Part shown: one piece after another, positions 46,395 through 56,582 of the stretch
How the letters are laid out: every line of letters starts with the position of its first letter
How positions within the stretch are numbered: position 1 is the stretch's first letter
NCBI GenBank assembly: GCA_965221935.1
Contig: CBDCSZ010000063.1
Location: 57,764 to 121,763 of the forward strand
DNA from: Paracoccaceae bacterium
Lineage (GTDB): Bacteria; Pseudomonadota; Alphaproteobacteria; Rhodobacterales; Rhodobacteraceae
DNA length: 64,000 nucleotides
Direction of reading: 5' to 3'
Made by a program: the position numbers and the translations under genes
The notes under the pieces: generated by a model
What the model saw: the letters and a program-made list of their open reading frames with translations, nothing else
The model's database searches: none
What the model was told of the DNA's origin: nothing

Positions 46395-47447
46395 ATGAAC
46401 TTTCGATTGATACTCGCGGCCTCCGCGGCGCTGCTCGCCGCCGAGACTGCCATGTCGCAGACGATCGGGCCTGGAGGCGAGGCCGCGACAGCTTCCGCAT
46501 CGGTCACTGTCCCCGACGACAAGGTCGCCATGCTGCAGGCGGGTGGCCATAAGGCGGCGCTGCTCTGGCACGATCAGTCCGATTTCGTGAATGCCGTGAC
46601 CGCCGGGGCCAGCGACGAGTTCGCACGGCTTGGAATTGAGGTCGTCGCAACCACAAGCGCAGGATTCGATGCGGCGAAACAGAGGAGCGATATCGAAACC
46701 GCACTGGCCAAAAAGCCGGACATCATCCTGTCGCTTCCGCTTGATCCGGTGACTTCGGCGGCCGCATTCGCTGAAGCCAAAGAAGAAGGGGTCGCGCTCG
46801 TCTTTCTTTCCAACCTGCCGCAGGGTTACGTTCACAATGTCGACTATGCGGCCATTGTGACCGACGATCTGTTTCAAATGGGCAAGCAGGCCGCCGATGC
46901 GCTCGCCGCCGCCATGGGCGGCAAGGGCGCCGTCGGCTGGATTTTCCACGACGCGAACTACTATGTGACAAACCAGAGGGACAACGCATTCAAAACCACG
47001 ATCGAATCCAGCTACCCGGATATCAGCATCGTCACTGAACACGGCATCAGCGACCCGGCGAGGGCGGAGCAGATCGCCAACGCGATGATGCTTCAGAATC
47101 CGGATCTGGACGGAATCTACGTCACTTGGGCCGGTCCCGCCGAGGGCGTCCTCGCTGTGCTTCGCGCCAACGGAAATGCAGAAACCAAGATCGTGACTCT
47201 GGACCTGTCCGAACCAATCGCGCTGGACATGGTGAGGGGTGGAAACGTTGCGGCGATTGTGGCCGACGAAGCGTACGAACTTGGCCGCGCAATGGCAGCG
47301 GTCGGCGCCCGAAAGCTGGCTGATCTGGACTCGCCGCCTTTCATCGTGGCGCCGGCGATCACCGTGACTGCGGACAATGTCGCGGATGGCTGGATGACGT
47401 CGCTGCACAGGAGCGCGCCCGAAAGCGTGCTGAACGCCGGAAACTGA
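46395..47447 (+). CDS. sugar-type ABC transporter periplasmic binding protein
   Basis: 350 aa. A signal peptide is present (MNFRLILAASAALLAAETAMS). The start follows GAGGAGA. The periplasmic-binding-protein type I pattern is visible. Confidence 0.8.
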   Translation: MNFRLILAASAALLAAETAMSQTIGPGGEAATASASVTVPDDKVAMLQAGGHKAALLWHDQSDFVNAVTAGASDEFARLGIEVVATTSAGFDAAKQRSDIETALAKKPDIILSLPLDPVTSAAAFAEAKEEGVALVFLSNLPQGYVHNVDYAAIVTDDLFQMGKQAADALAAAMGGKGAVGWIFHDANYYVTNQRDNAFKTTIESSYPDISIVTEHGISDPARAEQIANAMMLQNPDLDGIYVTWAGPAEGVLAVLRANGNAETKIVTLDLSEPIALDMVRGGNVAAIVADEAYELGRAMAAVGARKLADLDSPPFIVAPAITVTADNVADGWMTSLHRSAPESVLNAGN

Positions 47448-47497
47448 AAGCCGGGCCGCTGCGCCGGCTTCCGAACGGATTCGCGGGCAACAACTTT

Positions 47498-47531
47498 GCG
47501 AACCGGCGCCGCGGCCGCGGCGCCGGTTCGC
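47498..47531 (+). terminator. perfect 34-nt GC-rich palindrome followed by TTT (intercistronic terminator/attenuator candidate)
   Basis: gcgaaccggcgccgcggccgcggcgccggttcgc equals its own reverse complement. It lies 51 nt after the binding-protein stop and is followed by tttgg. A smaller hairpin lies upstream (aagccgg 47448-47454 / ccggctt 47464-47470). Confidence 0.55.
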
Positions 47532-47635
47532 TTTGGCAGCGGCAGACGCGGGATCGTCTTGTCAAGGAACCGCCGTTTCGTGAAGCATCGTCGGCTCAAG
47601 GCGAATATCAAGGGCCAAATTGCGGGTGACAGGCG

Positions 47636-48589
47636 ATGAGGGAACTGGCGAAGGCGGCCAGAAAGTTCGACGCGCAAAGATTTGTCGTCTATTTCGGGTT
47701 TCTTGCGATTTTTCTGTTCTTCGCCGCGGCGCTCCATGACGACGGATTCCTGAGTTCGCGGAATCTCACGAACATCATACTGCAGACCGCTCCCGCGACC
47801 GTCATGGCCGTCGGGCTTGTGTTTGCGTTTTCCGCCGCCGAAATCGACATTTCCTTCGGATCAATCGTTGCGGTTTCGGCCTTGTCCGCGGCCGTCGTCA
47901 TGCGCGAAGCGCCCGCAGCGGCCGGCATAGCGGCCGGACTGGGAGCGGGGTTCGCGATCGGCGCCCTGAACGGCGCGCTGGTGGCCTATCTCAGACTGCC
48001 TTCGTTTCTTGTGACTTTGGCCACGCTCGGCCTCTTTGCCGGGATCGCGCGCTGGATGACCAACCTCCAGTCCGTTCCGGTGATCAACGATTTCTTCACG
48101 GGGTTTTTTGGCACCGGTTCTCTTTTCGGCATTCACTCGCTGATCATTTGGACCGTCGTGACTGTCGCCGCCGGCCAGCTGGTGCTGAAATCCACCCGGT
48201 TCGGCGCGCATGTCACAGCGACCGGCGATAATCCAGCGGCGGCGCGTGTTTCCGGAATCAAGGTCGCGCGCATCCGGTTTCTGGTCCTCACTTTGAGCGG
48301 GGGCTGCGCCGGACTTGCGGGTCTGCTCTATGCCGGGCGCCTCCAAGCGGCAAAATACACGCTCGGCGAAAGCGACCTGATGACAGTGATCGCGGCCGTG
48401 ATTGTGGGCGGAACCGCGCTCACCGGCGGCAAGGGCTTCATCATCGGCGCCTGCGTCGGATCGCTGCTGATGGGCATGCTCAATAACGGCCTCATCCTGA
48501 TGGGGCTGTCAGTATCGGAACAGATGATCGTGCGCGGTCTGATCATACTGTTCGCCGTCGCAGTTTCACTGCGTGACGCGGGCCGCTGA
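47636..48589 (+). CDS. sugar ABC transporter permease (RbsC-like)
   Basis: 317 aa, multi-TM. Contains the motif VTATGDNPAAARVSGI, typical of this permease family. Confidence 0.85.
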   Translation: MRELAKAARKFDAQRFVVYFGFLAIFLFFAAALHDDGFLSSRNLTNIILQTAPATVMAVGLVFAFSAAEIDISFGSIVAVSALSAAVVMREAPAAAGIAAGLGAGFAIGALNGALVAYLRLPSFLVTLATLGLFAGIARWMTNLQSVPVINDFFTGFFGTGSLFGIHSLIIWTVVTVAAGQLVLKSTRFGAHVTATGDNPAAARVSGIKVARIRFLVLTLSGGCAGLAGLLYAGRLQAAKYTLGESDLMTVIAAVIVGGTALTGGKGFIIGACVGSLLMGMLNNGLILMGLSVSEQMIVRGLIILFAVAVSLRDAGR

Positions 48590-48601
48590 AAGGAGCGCAG
48601 G

Positions 48602-49813
48602 ATGTTTCTTGACGTGCTGAGACGGCGCAACCCGCAATTCATCGAAGCGGCGATCGCGCTGCACCAGTCGGGCGATTTGCCGGCGAATTGTTTTGTCCTT
48701 GACCTGGATGCTGTGGAAGCGAACGCCCGGCTCTTTAAGGCGGAAGCCGACAAGTTCGGCATGAAAACCTTTGCCATGACCAAACAGGTCGGGAGACACA
48801 GCGGCTTTTGTCAAGCCGTGATGGATGGCGGAATCTCGAGATGCGTGGCCGTCGATCTCGCCTGCGCGGCCGCCTGCCTCCGAGGGGGAATGCGCACCGG
48901 CCATCTGGGCCACCTCGTGCAGATTCCAAGGCACGACGCGGAGTTTGCGGCCTCTGTCGTAAAGCCGGATTTCTGGACGGTATTCAGCATTCTGAAGGCG
49001 CGGGAAGCAGCCGCCGCCAGCCGGGCGGCGGGACGCGAGCAGCCATTGCTGGCGCGCATACAAACCACGGGCGACACATTCTACCGCGGGCATGAGGGTG
49101 GATTTGAAGCCAGTGGGATTCTGCGCGCCGCCGACCGGCTGGATGGCCTCGATGGTGCCCGTTTTGCCGGGGTCACGACGTTTCCCGCACTGCTCTACGA
49201 CAGCGACACATTGTCGGTCCTGCCCACACCAAATCTGACGACCCTGGCCAGCGCCGCCAAACTGCTCGCGGGGGCCGGACGGTCCGATATCGAGATCAAC
49301 GCCCCCGGCACGACCTCATCGGCGGTTCTGGCGGCGCTCGCCGACGCCGGAGCGACCCAGTGCGAACCTGGAAACGGCCTGCACGGAACGACGCCGCTGC
49401 ACGCGGTCCGGGATCTGCCGGAGACTCCCTCGGTCCTGTATTTGACCGAAGTCTCGCATGTTCACGCCGGCCGGTCCTATTGCTTCGGCGGCGGGCTGTA
49501 TATCGATCCGGTGTTTCCCGAATATGATGTCAAGGCTGTCGTCACGCATGAACCGGCGACCGGCGACGATGTGCTGTTCTCCGTTGAAATCCTGCCGCCA
49601 TCCGCCATCGACTATTATGGAATGATCAAATCGGACACCCGCTTCAGACCGCATCCGGGCGACTCGGTGTTGTTCGGGTTCAGGGGGCAGGCATTTGTGA
49701 CCCGGGCGTTCGTCGCCGGCATCAAGGGCGTTCTGTCGGGGCGGCCGGAAGTCGGCAAAATTGAGAACGCGTTTGGGCAGGAATGCGATTGGTTCCACAG
49801 GAAGGCGCGATGA
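48602..49813 (+). CDS. alanine-racemase-fold PLP enzyme (YhfX-like), inside the ABC operon
   Basis: 403 aa. The start follows AGGAG. The N-terminal pattern is FVLDLDAVEANARLFKAEADKFGMKTFAMTKQ, which contains a candidate PLP lysine. The similarity to YhfX-type proteins is from memory only. Confidence 0.55.
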   Translation: MFLDVLRRRNPQFIEAAIALHQSGDLPANCFVLDLDAVEANARLFKAEADKFGMKTFAMTKQVGRHSGFCQAVMDGGISRCVAVDLACAAACLRGGMRTGHLGHLVQIPRHDAEFAASVVKPDFWTVFSILKAREAAAASRAAGREQPLLARIQTTGDTFYRGHEGGFEASGILRAADRLDGLDGARFAGVTTFPALLYDSDTLSVLPTPNLTTLASAAKLLAGAGRSDIEINAPGTTSSAVLAALADAGATQCEPGNGLHGTTPLHAVRDLPETPSVLYLTEVSHVHAGRSYCFGGGLYIDPVFPEYDVKAVVTHEPATGDDVLFSVEILPPSAIDYYGMIKSDTRFRPHPGDSVLFGFRGQAFVTRAFVAGIKGVLSGRPEVGKIENAFGQECDWFHRKAR

Positions 49814-50565
49814 CAGAAACGGTGCGGAATCCCAGCCAACCGGCCCTGTCGCTCCGCAACATACACAAGCGCTTTGGCGGAATCGTCGCGCTTGAGGACT
49901 TTTCAATCGATCTCTTCGAGGGTGAAATCATTGCCTTGGTGGGCGACAATGGCGCCGGCAAGTCGACGCTGGTCAAGATTGTGGCCGGAGTTCATGCGCC
50001 CACCTCCGGAACTGTCGAGCTGGACGGCCAGACGGTCGCCTTTGCCGACGCCAGCAAGGCGCGGGGAAGCGGCATCGAGGTCGTTTATCAGGATCTTGCG
50101 CTGGCCGACCAGCAGCCGGTTTACATGAACCTGTTCCTCGGAAGGGAGCTCACCAGAGGGCCGTTCAACCTGCTCGACCGCCGGACCATGGTTGAAGAAT
50201 CGGTGCGCCTCCTGGATGATTTGGATATCGCAATTCCTTCCGCCCGCACCGCGATCAGCAAACTGTCCGGCGGGCAGCGTCAGGGCGTGGCGATTGCGCG
50301 CGCCGTGCGCTACGCGAGGAAACTCATTCTGCTCGATGAGCCGACCGCCGCTCTGGGTGTCGCGGAAACCGCAAAGGTGGAAGCCATCGTGAATTCCCTG
50401 AAGGATAAGAAGCTCGCAGTGCTTCTCATCAGCCACAGTCTTGACCAGGTGTTCCGCCTTTCCGACCGGATCTGTGTGCTGCGGCAGGGACGGCAAATCG
50501 GGATTCGGACGACGGCTCAGACCCACAAGAACGAAATCGTCGCGATGATCACAGGTGTGCATTGA
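49810..50565 (+). CDS. ABC transporter ATP-binding protein (single domain)
   Basis: ORF 49783..50565. I chose ATG 49810, which forms an ATGA overlap with the upstream stop. Walker A is GDNGAGKST, the signature is LSGGQRQG, and Walker B is LILLDEPT. Confidence 0.85.
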   Translation: MTETVRNPSQPALSLRNIHKRFGGIVALEDFSIDLFEGEIIALVGDNGAGKSTLVKIVAGVHAPTSGTVELDGQTVAFADASKARGSGIEVVYQDLALADQQPVYMNLFLGRELTRGPFNLLDRRTMVEESVRLLDDLDIAIPSARTAISKLSGGQRQGVAIARAVRYARKLILLDEPTAALGVAETAKVEAIVNSLKDKKLAVLLISHSLDQVFRLSDRICVLRQGRQIGIRTTAQTHKNEIVAMITGVH

Positions 50566-51611
50566 AGGATTCCGGCCGCACTTGCAGCAGTGGCAGCCGT
50601 CTGGCCGCTGAAATCGCAGAAATCCCTGAGGCGGCTGCCCGGCAGATAACCGCGAATCTAGACTCCTATATCTTCGCCGGCAGGGAGCTCGCCGATCTGT
50701 GCCCGCGGTTATTTGTGACTTGCGCGCGGGGCACATCGGACCATGCGGCGAATTTCTTCAAATATACCGTCGAGTCGCGGCTGGGACTGCCTGTGGCGTC
50801 CATCGGGCCGTCAATCGCATCGATTTACGGAGCCGAACTCAGGCTGGAAAACGCGGTTTGCCTGACGATTTCCCAATCGGGCGCGAGTCCAGATCTGGTC
50901 GCCCTGCAGGCACATGCGCGGCAGGGCGGCGCGCATACCGTTGCCTTGCTGAATACGGTTGATTCACCGGTTGGCCGCGGGGCGCAACGCGTCCTGCCGG
51001 TTGACGCCGGTCCTGAACTGGCGGTGGCGGCAACAAAATCTTTTGTGAACAGCATGATAGCGGTCTGCGGACTGTTTGCGGGAATGGCGCGCGATCAAGG
51101 GCTTGCGATGTGCCTGCGGGAACTCCCGCCTGCCCTCGAGGCTGCGCTGGCCTGTGACTGGTCATGCGCCGCTGACCGGCTTGCTGGCTGTTCTTCCATA
51201 TTCGCGATCAGCCGGGGGCCATCGCTGTCCGCGGCGCTTGAAGCGGCACTGAAACTGAAGGAAGTGTGCCGCCTGCATGCTGAAGCGTGCAGCGCGACTG
51301 AATTCCAGCATGGCCCAGTCAGTCTCGCCGGCAGTGACATGGCCGCATTTGCATTCCTCCCGGAAGATGCGGGGCGGGCCAGCGTAATTGAGGCAGCGCA
51401 GACACTGCGCCGCGCCGGCGCGCGCGTTCATATGGTCGGGGGCAGCATGAAGGGCGCGTTCAATTTGCCCGCCTCCCGGCCGCCGCACCCCCTGTGTGCG
51501 CCCATCTGCCAAATCGCAGGCTTTTACCGCTTCACCGAACAGTTGGGGCGGCATCTGGGAGTCGACTGCGACCGGCCGCCTCTCCTCTCCAAAGTGACCC
51601 GAACCCTATAG
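50562..51611 (+). CDS. SIS-domain protein (GlmS C-terminal-like sugar-phosphate isomerase/deaminase/deglycase)
   Basis: 349 aa. Two SIS-like halves are visible (CARGTSDHAANFF...SQSGASPD and ISRGPSLSAALEAALKLKE). There is no glutaminase domain. The start is TTG overlapping the upstream stop, so its position is uncertain. Confidence 0.7.
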   Translation: MKDSGRTCSSGSRLAAEIAEIPEAAARQITANLDSYIFAGRELADLCPRLFVTCARGTSDHAANFFKYTVESRLGLPVASIGPSIASIYGAELRLENAVCLTISQSGASPDLVALQAHARQGGAHTVALLNTVDSPVGRGAQRVLPVDAGPELAVAATKSFVNSMIAVCGLFAGMARDQGLAMCLRELPPALEAALACDWSCAADRLAGCSSIFAISRGPSLSAALEAALKLKEVCRLHAEACSATEFQHGPVSLAGSDMAAFAFLPEDAGRASVIEAAQTLRRAGARVHMVGGSMKGAFNLPASRPPHPLCAPICQIAGFYRFTEQLGRHLGVDCDRPPLLSKVTRTL

Positions 51612-52241
51612 CGGAGGGAAAGGCAGGAGCACCCGATCTTGTTTTCGCCTTGTGGTGCCGCAGCTGGGAAGAGGCTGTGCAGCCGTCCCAATGCGGTCGT
51701 CATTGCCATTGCCGCCTCGTTTTCAGGGAATTCGGATTGAAGCCCTTTCCCGCGGACCGTTCACACACCGTTGCCATTCCTCCTCGAGCGCTGGTGTCGA
51801 CCCGCTGCCAAGCTGAGAATCACGTGTCTGGGACAAACGCGGCATGGTCACGAAGGCCTGCGCCGGTGCGGTGCGGGCCGGAATCGTCCGGATCCGGTCA
51901 GGCCGGCCGAAGGCATGTTCACAGAGTTCACCTCCGCTCCGGTCGATCCCGGTTGCAGGGGCCATCTTGAAGCCAGCGCCGGCCGGTCGATGGCACAGCC
52001 TCGCAATGTTTCCTGCCGATCTCGGGGCACTGACACCGGATGACGCCTTTCCGCCGGCGCGGCCGCAACCCGCTTCACACCTTTGCCGAAGCCGAAAAGA
52101 ACCGGACCTGGCCCATTGAGCTCACCGGGCCTGGTCTGATTCGCGTGGTCCGCTTTGTGGGTCGGGCCGAATGACCCGCAATCGCCTGTGCACAGGCCAA
52201 CAATTCGAGTTTCGGCAGGTTGACGCTCTTGCCAATGCGGC

Positions 52242-53444
52242 TCAGGGCGCGATCCAGTAATCCTCAGGATGTCGCACATATTCCTGCAGCTTGCAGGAAT
52301 AGACGGCGCTGGGGTCAAACGGATACCTGGATTCAATCTCCGGCGTAAGGCGCGTGCCGATGCCGGGCGCTTCCGGACGCCGGAGTTCGCCATCGGCGAT
52401 TTGCAGCGGTTCGGTCAGCATTTCCGGACCGAGCGGGAACGCAAGCATCGGATACTCCACCAACCGGCCGCCGCCGGCAAACGCCGCATGATAGCTGGCC
52501 ATGACCGCAACCTGACCGCCCCAGGCATGCACCACGACGTCAGTCTGCTCTTGGCGGGCCGCCGCGAAGACCTCCATTACGGCAAGCAAGCCGCCAATCA
52601 CCGAGGCATCGGGCTGGACAAAATCATAGACGCCGTTCCTCAGCCGCCAGATCATCTCCCCCGGCGTTGTGATAATCTCGCCGCCGCAGACCTGCGGCTG
52701 GCACTGCGAGCGCAGTTCCCTGAATGCGTCGGGCGCGTCTGGCCCGATCGCCTCCTCCACGAATTCGATCAGGTGGCTGGTGTGCTGCGCCACCGCCGAC
52801 AGATACGACACGACGTCAGCAACCGACTGCGGCGGGTCGGCGAGGTTCTGACACATGTCGACCCCGACCTTTATGCCGTGCCTGCCGGCCTCGTTGACGG
52901 CCCACGCCGTGCGCATGATATCGGTCTTGACCGCCCGAATCTTGTAGAGCGTGATTCCCAATTGCCCGAGCAGGCCGAGCTCGTCCTGAAAATGCTCGCG
53001 CGTATCGCAGCAGCCTCCGCTGCCATAGAGCCGGATGGATTCTGCGGTCGAACCGCCCAGCAATTCATAAGCGGGAATGCCGAGCGTCTTGGCCTTGGCG
53101 TCGTGCAGGGCAATGTCAAACGCGCTGATGACGTGCCGGGCCGCGCCTTGCAGAGACCAGTAGTCACATACGCTGCGCAGATCCGCGATCCGCCGCGGAA
53201 TATCGAATCCGTCTTCGCCCTTCAGATAGGGCACGCACAATTCGAATATCGACTTGAACACCAAGGGCGCGAAGACCGCCAAATACCCCTCGCCGATGCC
53301 AGTGACGCCGTTCTCAAGCGTGACCTCGACCATGCCCACGGTGCGCTTTGGTCCGTTCGGAAAACACTCCTTGATTTCCGCGTCCTCGGCGAAGGAGTAA
53401 GGCGAGCTCAGCAGAACGCACCGCAGGTCAGCGATTTTCACCAT
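52242..53444 (-). CDS. enolase-superfamily enzyme (mandelate racemase/muconate lactonizing family)
   Basis: ORF 52242..53597. I chose ATG 53444, which forms an ATGA overlap with the upstream gene stop. Contains FDIALHDAKAKTLGIPAYELLGG. Confidence 0.8.
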   Translation of the reverse strand: MVKIADLRCVLLSSPYSFAEDAEIKECFPNGPKRTVGMVEVTLENGVTGIGEGYLAVFAPLVFKSIFELCVPYLKGEDGFDIPRRIADLRSVCDYWSLQGAARHVISAFDIALHDAKAKTLGIPAYELLGGSTAESIRLYGSGGCCDTREHFQDELGLLGQLGITLYKIRAVKTDIMRTAWAVNEAGRHGIKVGVDMCQNLADPPQSVADVVSYLSAVAQHTSHLIEFVEEAIGPDAPDAFRELRSQCQPQVCGGEIITTPGEMIWRLRNGVYDFVQPDASVIGGLLAVMEVFAAARQEQTDVVVHAWGGQVAVMASYHAAFAGGGRLVEYPMLAFPLGPEMLTEPLQIADGELRRPEAPGIGTRLTPEIESRYPFDPSAVYSCKLQEYVRHPEDYWIAP

Positions 53445-54367
53445 CAGTGTCCTCTTGTGAAATCCACTACATTCGCGAGTTGTCCGCCTCGTCGGTAGCG
53501 CTCCAGGTTTTCGGCGAAAAACCGAATCTTCTCCCTGATTTCGCCGCCTGTTCCGCCCGCAGAGTGCTGGGTCAAAATCAGATTTGGGCAGGACCAAAAC
53601 GGATGCGTCGCGGGCAATGGCTCATCGACCGTCACGTCCAGCGCCGCGCCGGCCAGCTGTCCTCCCAAGAGGGCGTCTGCGAGCACTCTTTCATCGACCA
53701 GCGAACCCCGTCCGGCGTTCACAAGGATTGCGGAGCGGGGAATCAGCGCAATGCGTCTGCGGTCAAACGCGCCTCGTGTCCGCGGCGTGTCCGGGACGGC
53801 GCATACGATGACGTCCGCATTTGCCAGCGCCCGGTCGAGCGCGGCGTCGGTCCAGTCCGACCCAAACATCTCGGTCTCGCACCCGAATGGCGCCAGCAGC
53901 TGCCGCAGCCGGTCGCCGATGGAGCCCTTCCCGAACAGCACGACCCGCCGTCCCCGCAGCAGCCAAAGTTCCGGCCGCAGGTCGCCGCCCCGCCAGTGCT
54001 GGTCCCGTTTGAGCTGGCGGCATTCGCCGATGCCGCGTGCCAGGGAGAGGATGCTGCCAAGAATGGTTTCGGCGACCGGGTCGGCGAAAAACCCGGCGAG
54101 ATTGGTGATCACCAGACCGGAGTTGTCGTGGTCAAGCTCCAGATATTCGTCAATTCCCACTGAATCGAGCTGCAGCCACAAAGGGCCGGGATGGGCCTCG
54201 ACCCACCTGCGCGAGGGATCGCCGAATGCGATTTCACTGGCGAGGAATTCGGCGGGCGGGTCAACGGAATCCTGGCCGGCGCCAAGGATCAGCCGATCAG
54301 GCGCGACCGCCTCCCGCAGGCTGTCCGCCTCGGCCGGGTTTAACTCGAGAAAGCTGAACACCTGCAT
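53444..54367 (-). CDS. D-isomer-specific 2-hydroxyacid dehydrogenase family protein
   Basis: NAD-binding motif FGKGSIGDRL, NAGRGSLVDERVL, and a catalytic His context (LTQHSAGGT). Confidence 0.8.
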   Translation of the reverse strand: MQVFSFLELNPAEADSLREAVAPDRLILGAGQDSVDPPAEFLASEIAFGDPSRRWVEAHPGPLWLQLDSVGIDEYLELDHDNSGLVITNLAGFFADPVAETILGSILSLARGIGECRQLKRDQHWRGGDLRPELWLLRGRRVVLFGKGSIGDRLRQLLAPFGCETEMFGSDWTDAALDRALANADVIVCAVPDTPRTRGAFDRRRIALIPRSAILVNAGRGSLVDERVLADALLGGQLAGAALDVTVDEPLPATHPFWSCPNLILTQHSAGGTGGEIREKIRFFAENLERYRRGGQLANVVDFTRGH

Positions 54368-54479
54368 GGGATTCTCGATTGGCGGTCAGGCGCTGTGCCG
54401 AGGCGCGCGGGCATGAATTGACATGCCGCGGCAGACGGCAGACTGCGTCAATGAGAAGGCCGGCCGAACATTGAGGCGA

Positions 54480-55454
54480 TCATACGTCTGCAGGGTCCGG
54501 CAATAACCTGGGCGCGTTGATCTGCTGCATCATGGCCCTGGTTTCATCGCGGTAGCGGCGCCTGATGTCACGCGTGGGCGGTCGGCATCTGCTCGATGGC
54601 AGTCCGACCAGTTCCATGCACAGTTTGTCCAGATAACCGTCGCCGCTGGTGAATTCCTCCTCGATTTTGGTCCACAGCTTGTAAAACGGCATGGCCTCTT
54701 CGATCAGCATGCGGGCGATTTCCGAGTAGTTTCCGGATCGCGCCTCATCAACCAGCTTGATGCCCCACTCCGGCCAGAAATTGCAGTTGTGGACTTCAAA
54801 TGCGCGGGCGCCCAAAGCCGGCATGGCGCTGACTGCGAAATAGAGATTGTTGTCGATGATGGTGAAACGGTCGGAATACCGTGATGTCACATCTTCAAAC
54901 TCCATGGCGTCGGAGCGCTGAACCGCCCATTTCAGGCCAACGACATTGGGTATTTCAGCGAGCCTTGACGCCATTTCGCCGGAAACTTCGGTGCTGGTCC
55001 AGAACGTGTTGTAAATTATGATTCCGATGTCAGGCTCGGCCTCGCAGGCCGCCAGCACGAACTCCTCAAAATCCCCCTCTGTGTGCGCGAAGTAGAACGG
55101 GCATGACACCTGGATGAACTGGGCGCCGGCGCGTCTGGCGGCCTTTGCCAGCCGCTGCAGCTCCAGCGTGCTTGTCGTCTGCGCTCCCATTGCCAGCGGC
55201 ACCTGGCCATCGGCCGCGTCGGCAACCGTTTCCATGACCCTGATGCGTTCGTCAAAGGTCATGGCGGAAAAGTCGCCGGCGGCTCCCCCGGCCAGAAAGG
55301 TCGCGTAGCTGCTGTTCAGCCCGGCATCGATCAGGAAGCGGACATGCTGCCGCAGCGCGCGCTCATTGACCGAAAACTCCGGATCGTCATGGAACGGTGT
55401 CGGAACCGTGACGTAACAGCCGGCCAGATCTTCCTTCAGCTCTTCTGTGTTCAC
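54480..55454 (-). CDS. dihydrodipicolinate synthase/N-acetylneuraminate lyase family class I aldolase
   Basis: 324 aa. GTG start after AGGAGG. Motifs seen: TVPTPF, GAAGDF, and a candidate Schiff-base lysine in VVGLKWA. Confidence 0.75.
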   Translation of the reverse strand: MNTEELKEDLAGCYVTVPTPFHDDPEFSVNERALRQHVRFLIDAGLNSSYATFLAGGAAGDFSAMTFDERIRVMETVADAADGQVPLAMGAQTTSTLELQRLAKAARRAGAQFIQVSCPFYFAHTEGDFEEFVLAACEAEPDIGIIIYNTFWTSTEVSGEMASRLAEIPNVVGLKWAVQRSDAMEFEDVTSRYSDRFTIIDNNLYFAVSAMPALGARAFEVHNCNFWPEWGIKLVDEARSGNYSEIARMLIEEAMPFYKLWTKIEEEFTSGDGYLDKLCMELVGLPSSRCRPPTRDIRRRYRDETRAMMQQINAPRLLPDPADV

Positions 55455-55921
55455 GCTTCACCCTCCTAACCTGGCGGACTTGCTGACCGCAAATCCCGGC
55501 GCCGGCGCCTTGCCGGTGAATATGGCCAAGTAAAACCCGCCTCTGCCGGGCGCATTTGAAGCGTATCGGCAGGGCAATGAATCTCTTGACAATCCCTGAC
55601 CGAGTATTAACGATTTTTGACAGAGGAAGGCAGACGGCCGCGCCCTCTTCTTCCTGTGCGCAGTGCCGCCGCATCGATTCAGCGCGGTCGCGCCTGCCCG
55701 AAGTCTGTTGCCGGCCATGTCTGCGATGGCCCGGGTTGTTCTGGCTTGAACCGGCTTGTTTGTCAGATATTCTGCCGCCGGCGTGTCCGGTGATTCATGG
55801 ACAATCCGGGCCATTGCAACGGCGGCATGTCGCAGATGCCGGCCATGACATGCGGCGGGTTTCCGATCCCCAGATCTCCAGCGCCGGCAGGACCCGGAAG
55901 GTGGCCCGCGCACCGAACGGT

Positions 55922-56572
55922 TCAGCGCCGCATCGCCCAGAGGCAGCCCCGGCGCATGATCTCCTTGGCTTCGGGGACGTCGAAATCCGACGCCACATGT
56001 CCGAGTGAACTGTAGAAGACCTTGCCTGCCCCATAACGCTTCTTCCAGACAACCGGCATCCTGACGCCCTTCACCCAGTCGATGCCCCAGTGCCGGCCCT
56101 TGAAGGTGGTCGTCGCCAGCACTTCGTTGGACGGATCGACGTGCATGAAATACTGCTCGGAGTGCATTTGAAAGTCGTTGATGCCGGCGACGATCGGGTC
56201 GTCGCTGGAGACATTGACCTCATACTCGACGATGCCGCCCGGATGGCAGATGAACTGGCCCCCGACCATGAACTGGTACTCGACGCTGGTGCGGAACGAA
56301 TCCGCCATGCAGCCGTGCCAGCCCGCGCAGCCGGTGCCGGCACGGACCGCCTTCAGGAGACCCGCTTCTTCCGCTTGGCCAATCCGGGACTTGGTCCACA
56401 CCGGCACGACAAGATCGACCTCGGCCATGAACGTCTCGTCGGCGAAGGGGTCGAGCACATCCGTGACGGTGACCTCGTGGCCTGCGGCCGACAGCAGGTC
56501 GGCAAAAATGCCGGCGGTCGTTTCCGGCTCGTGACCTTCCCAGCCACCCCAGGTGATGAAGACGTTTCCCAT
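55922..56572 (-). CDS. ThuA-domain protein
   Basis: 216 aa. The start follows GAGAGGAAG and lies 10 nt after the upstream oxidoreductase gene. The pattern GGWEGHEP...VPVWT...GWHG... is what I associate with ThuA-like proteins. Confidence 0.65.
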   Translation of the reverse strand: MGNVFITWGGWEGHEPETTAGIFADLLSAAGHEVTVTDVLDPFADETFMAEVDLVVPVWTKSRIGQAEEAGLLKAVRAGTGCAGWHGCMADSFRTSVEYQFMVGGQFICHPGGIVEYEVNVSSDDPIVAGINDFQMHSEQYFMHVDPSNEVLATTTFKGRHWGIDWVKGVRMPVVWKKRYGAGKVFYSSLGHVASDFDVPEAKEIMRRGCLWAMRR

Positions 56573-56582
56573 GACTTCCTCT

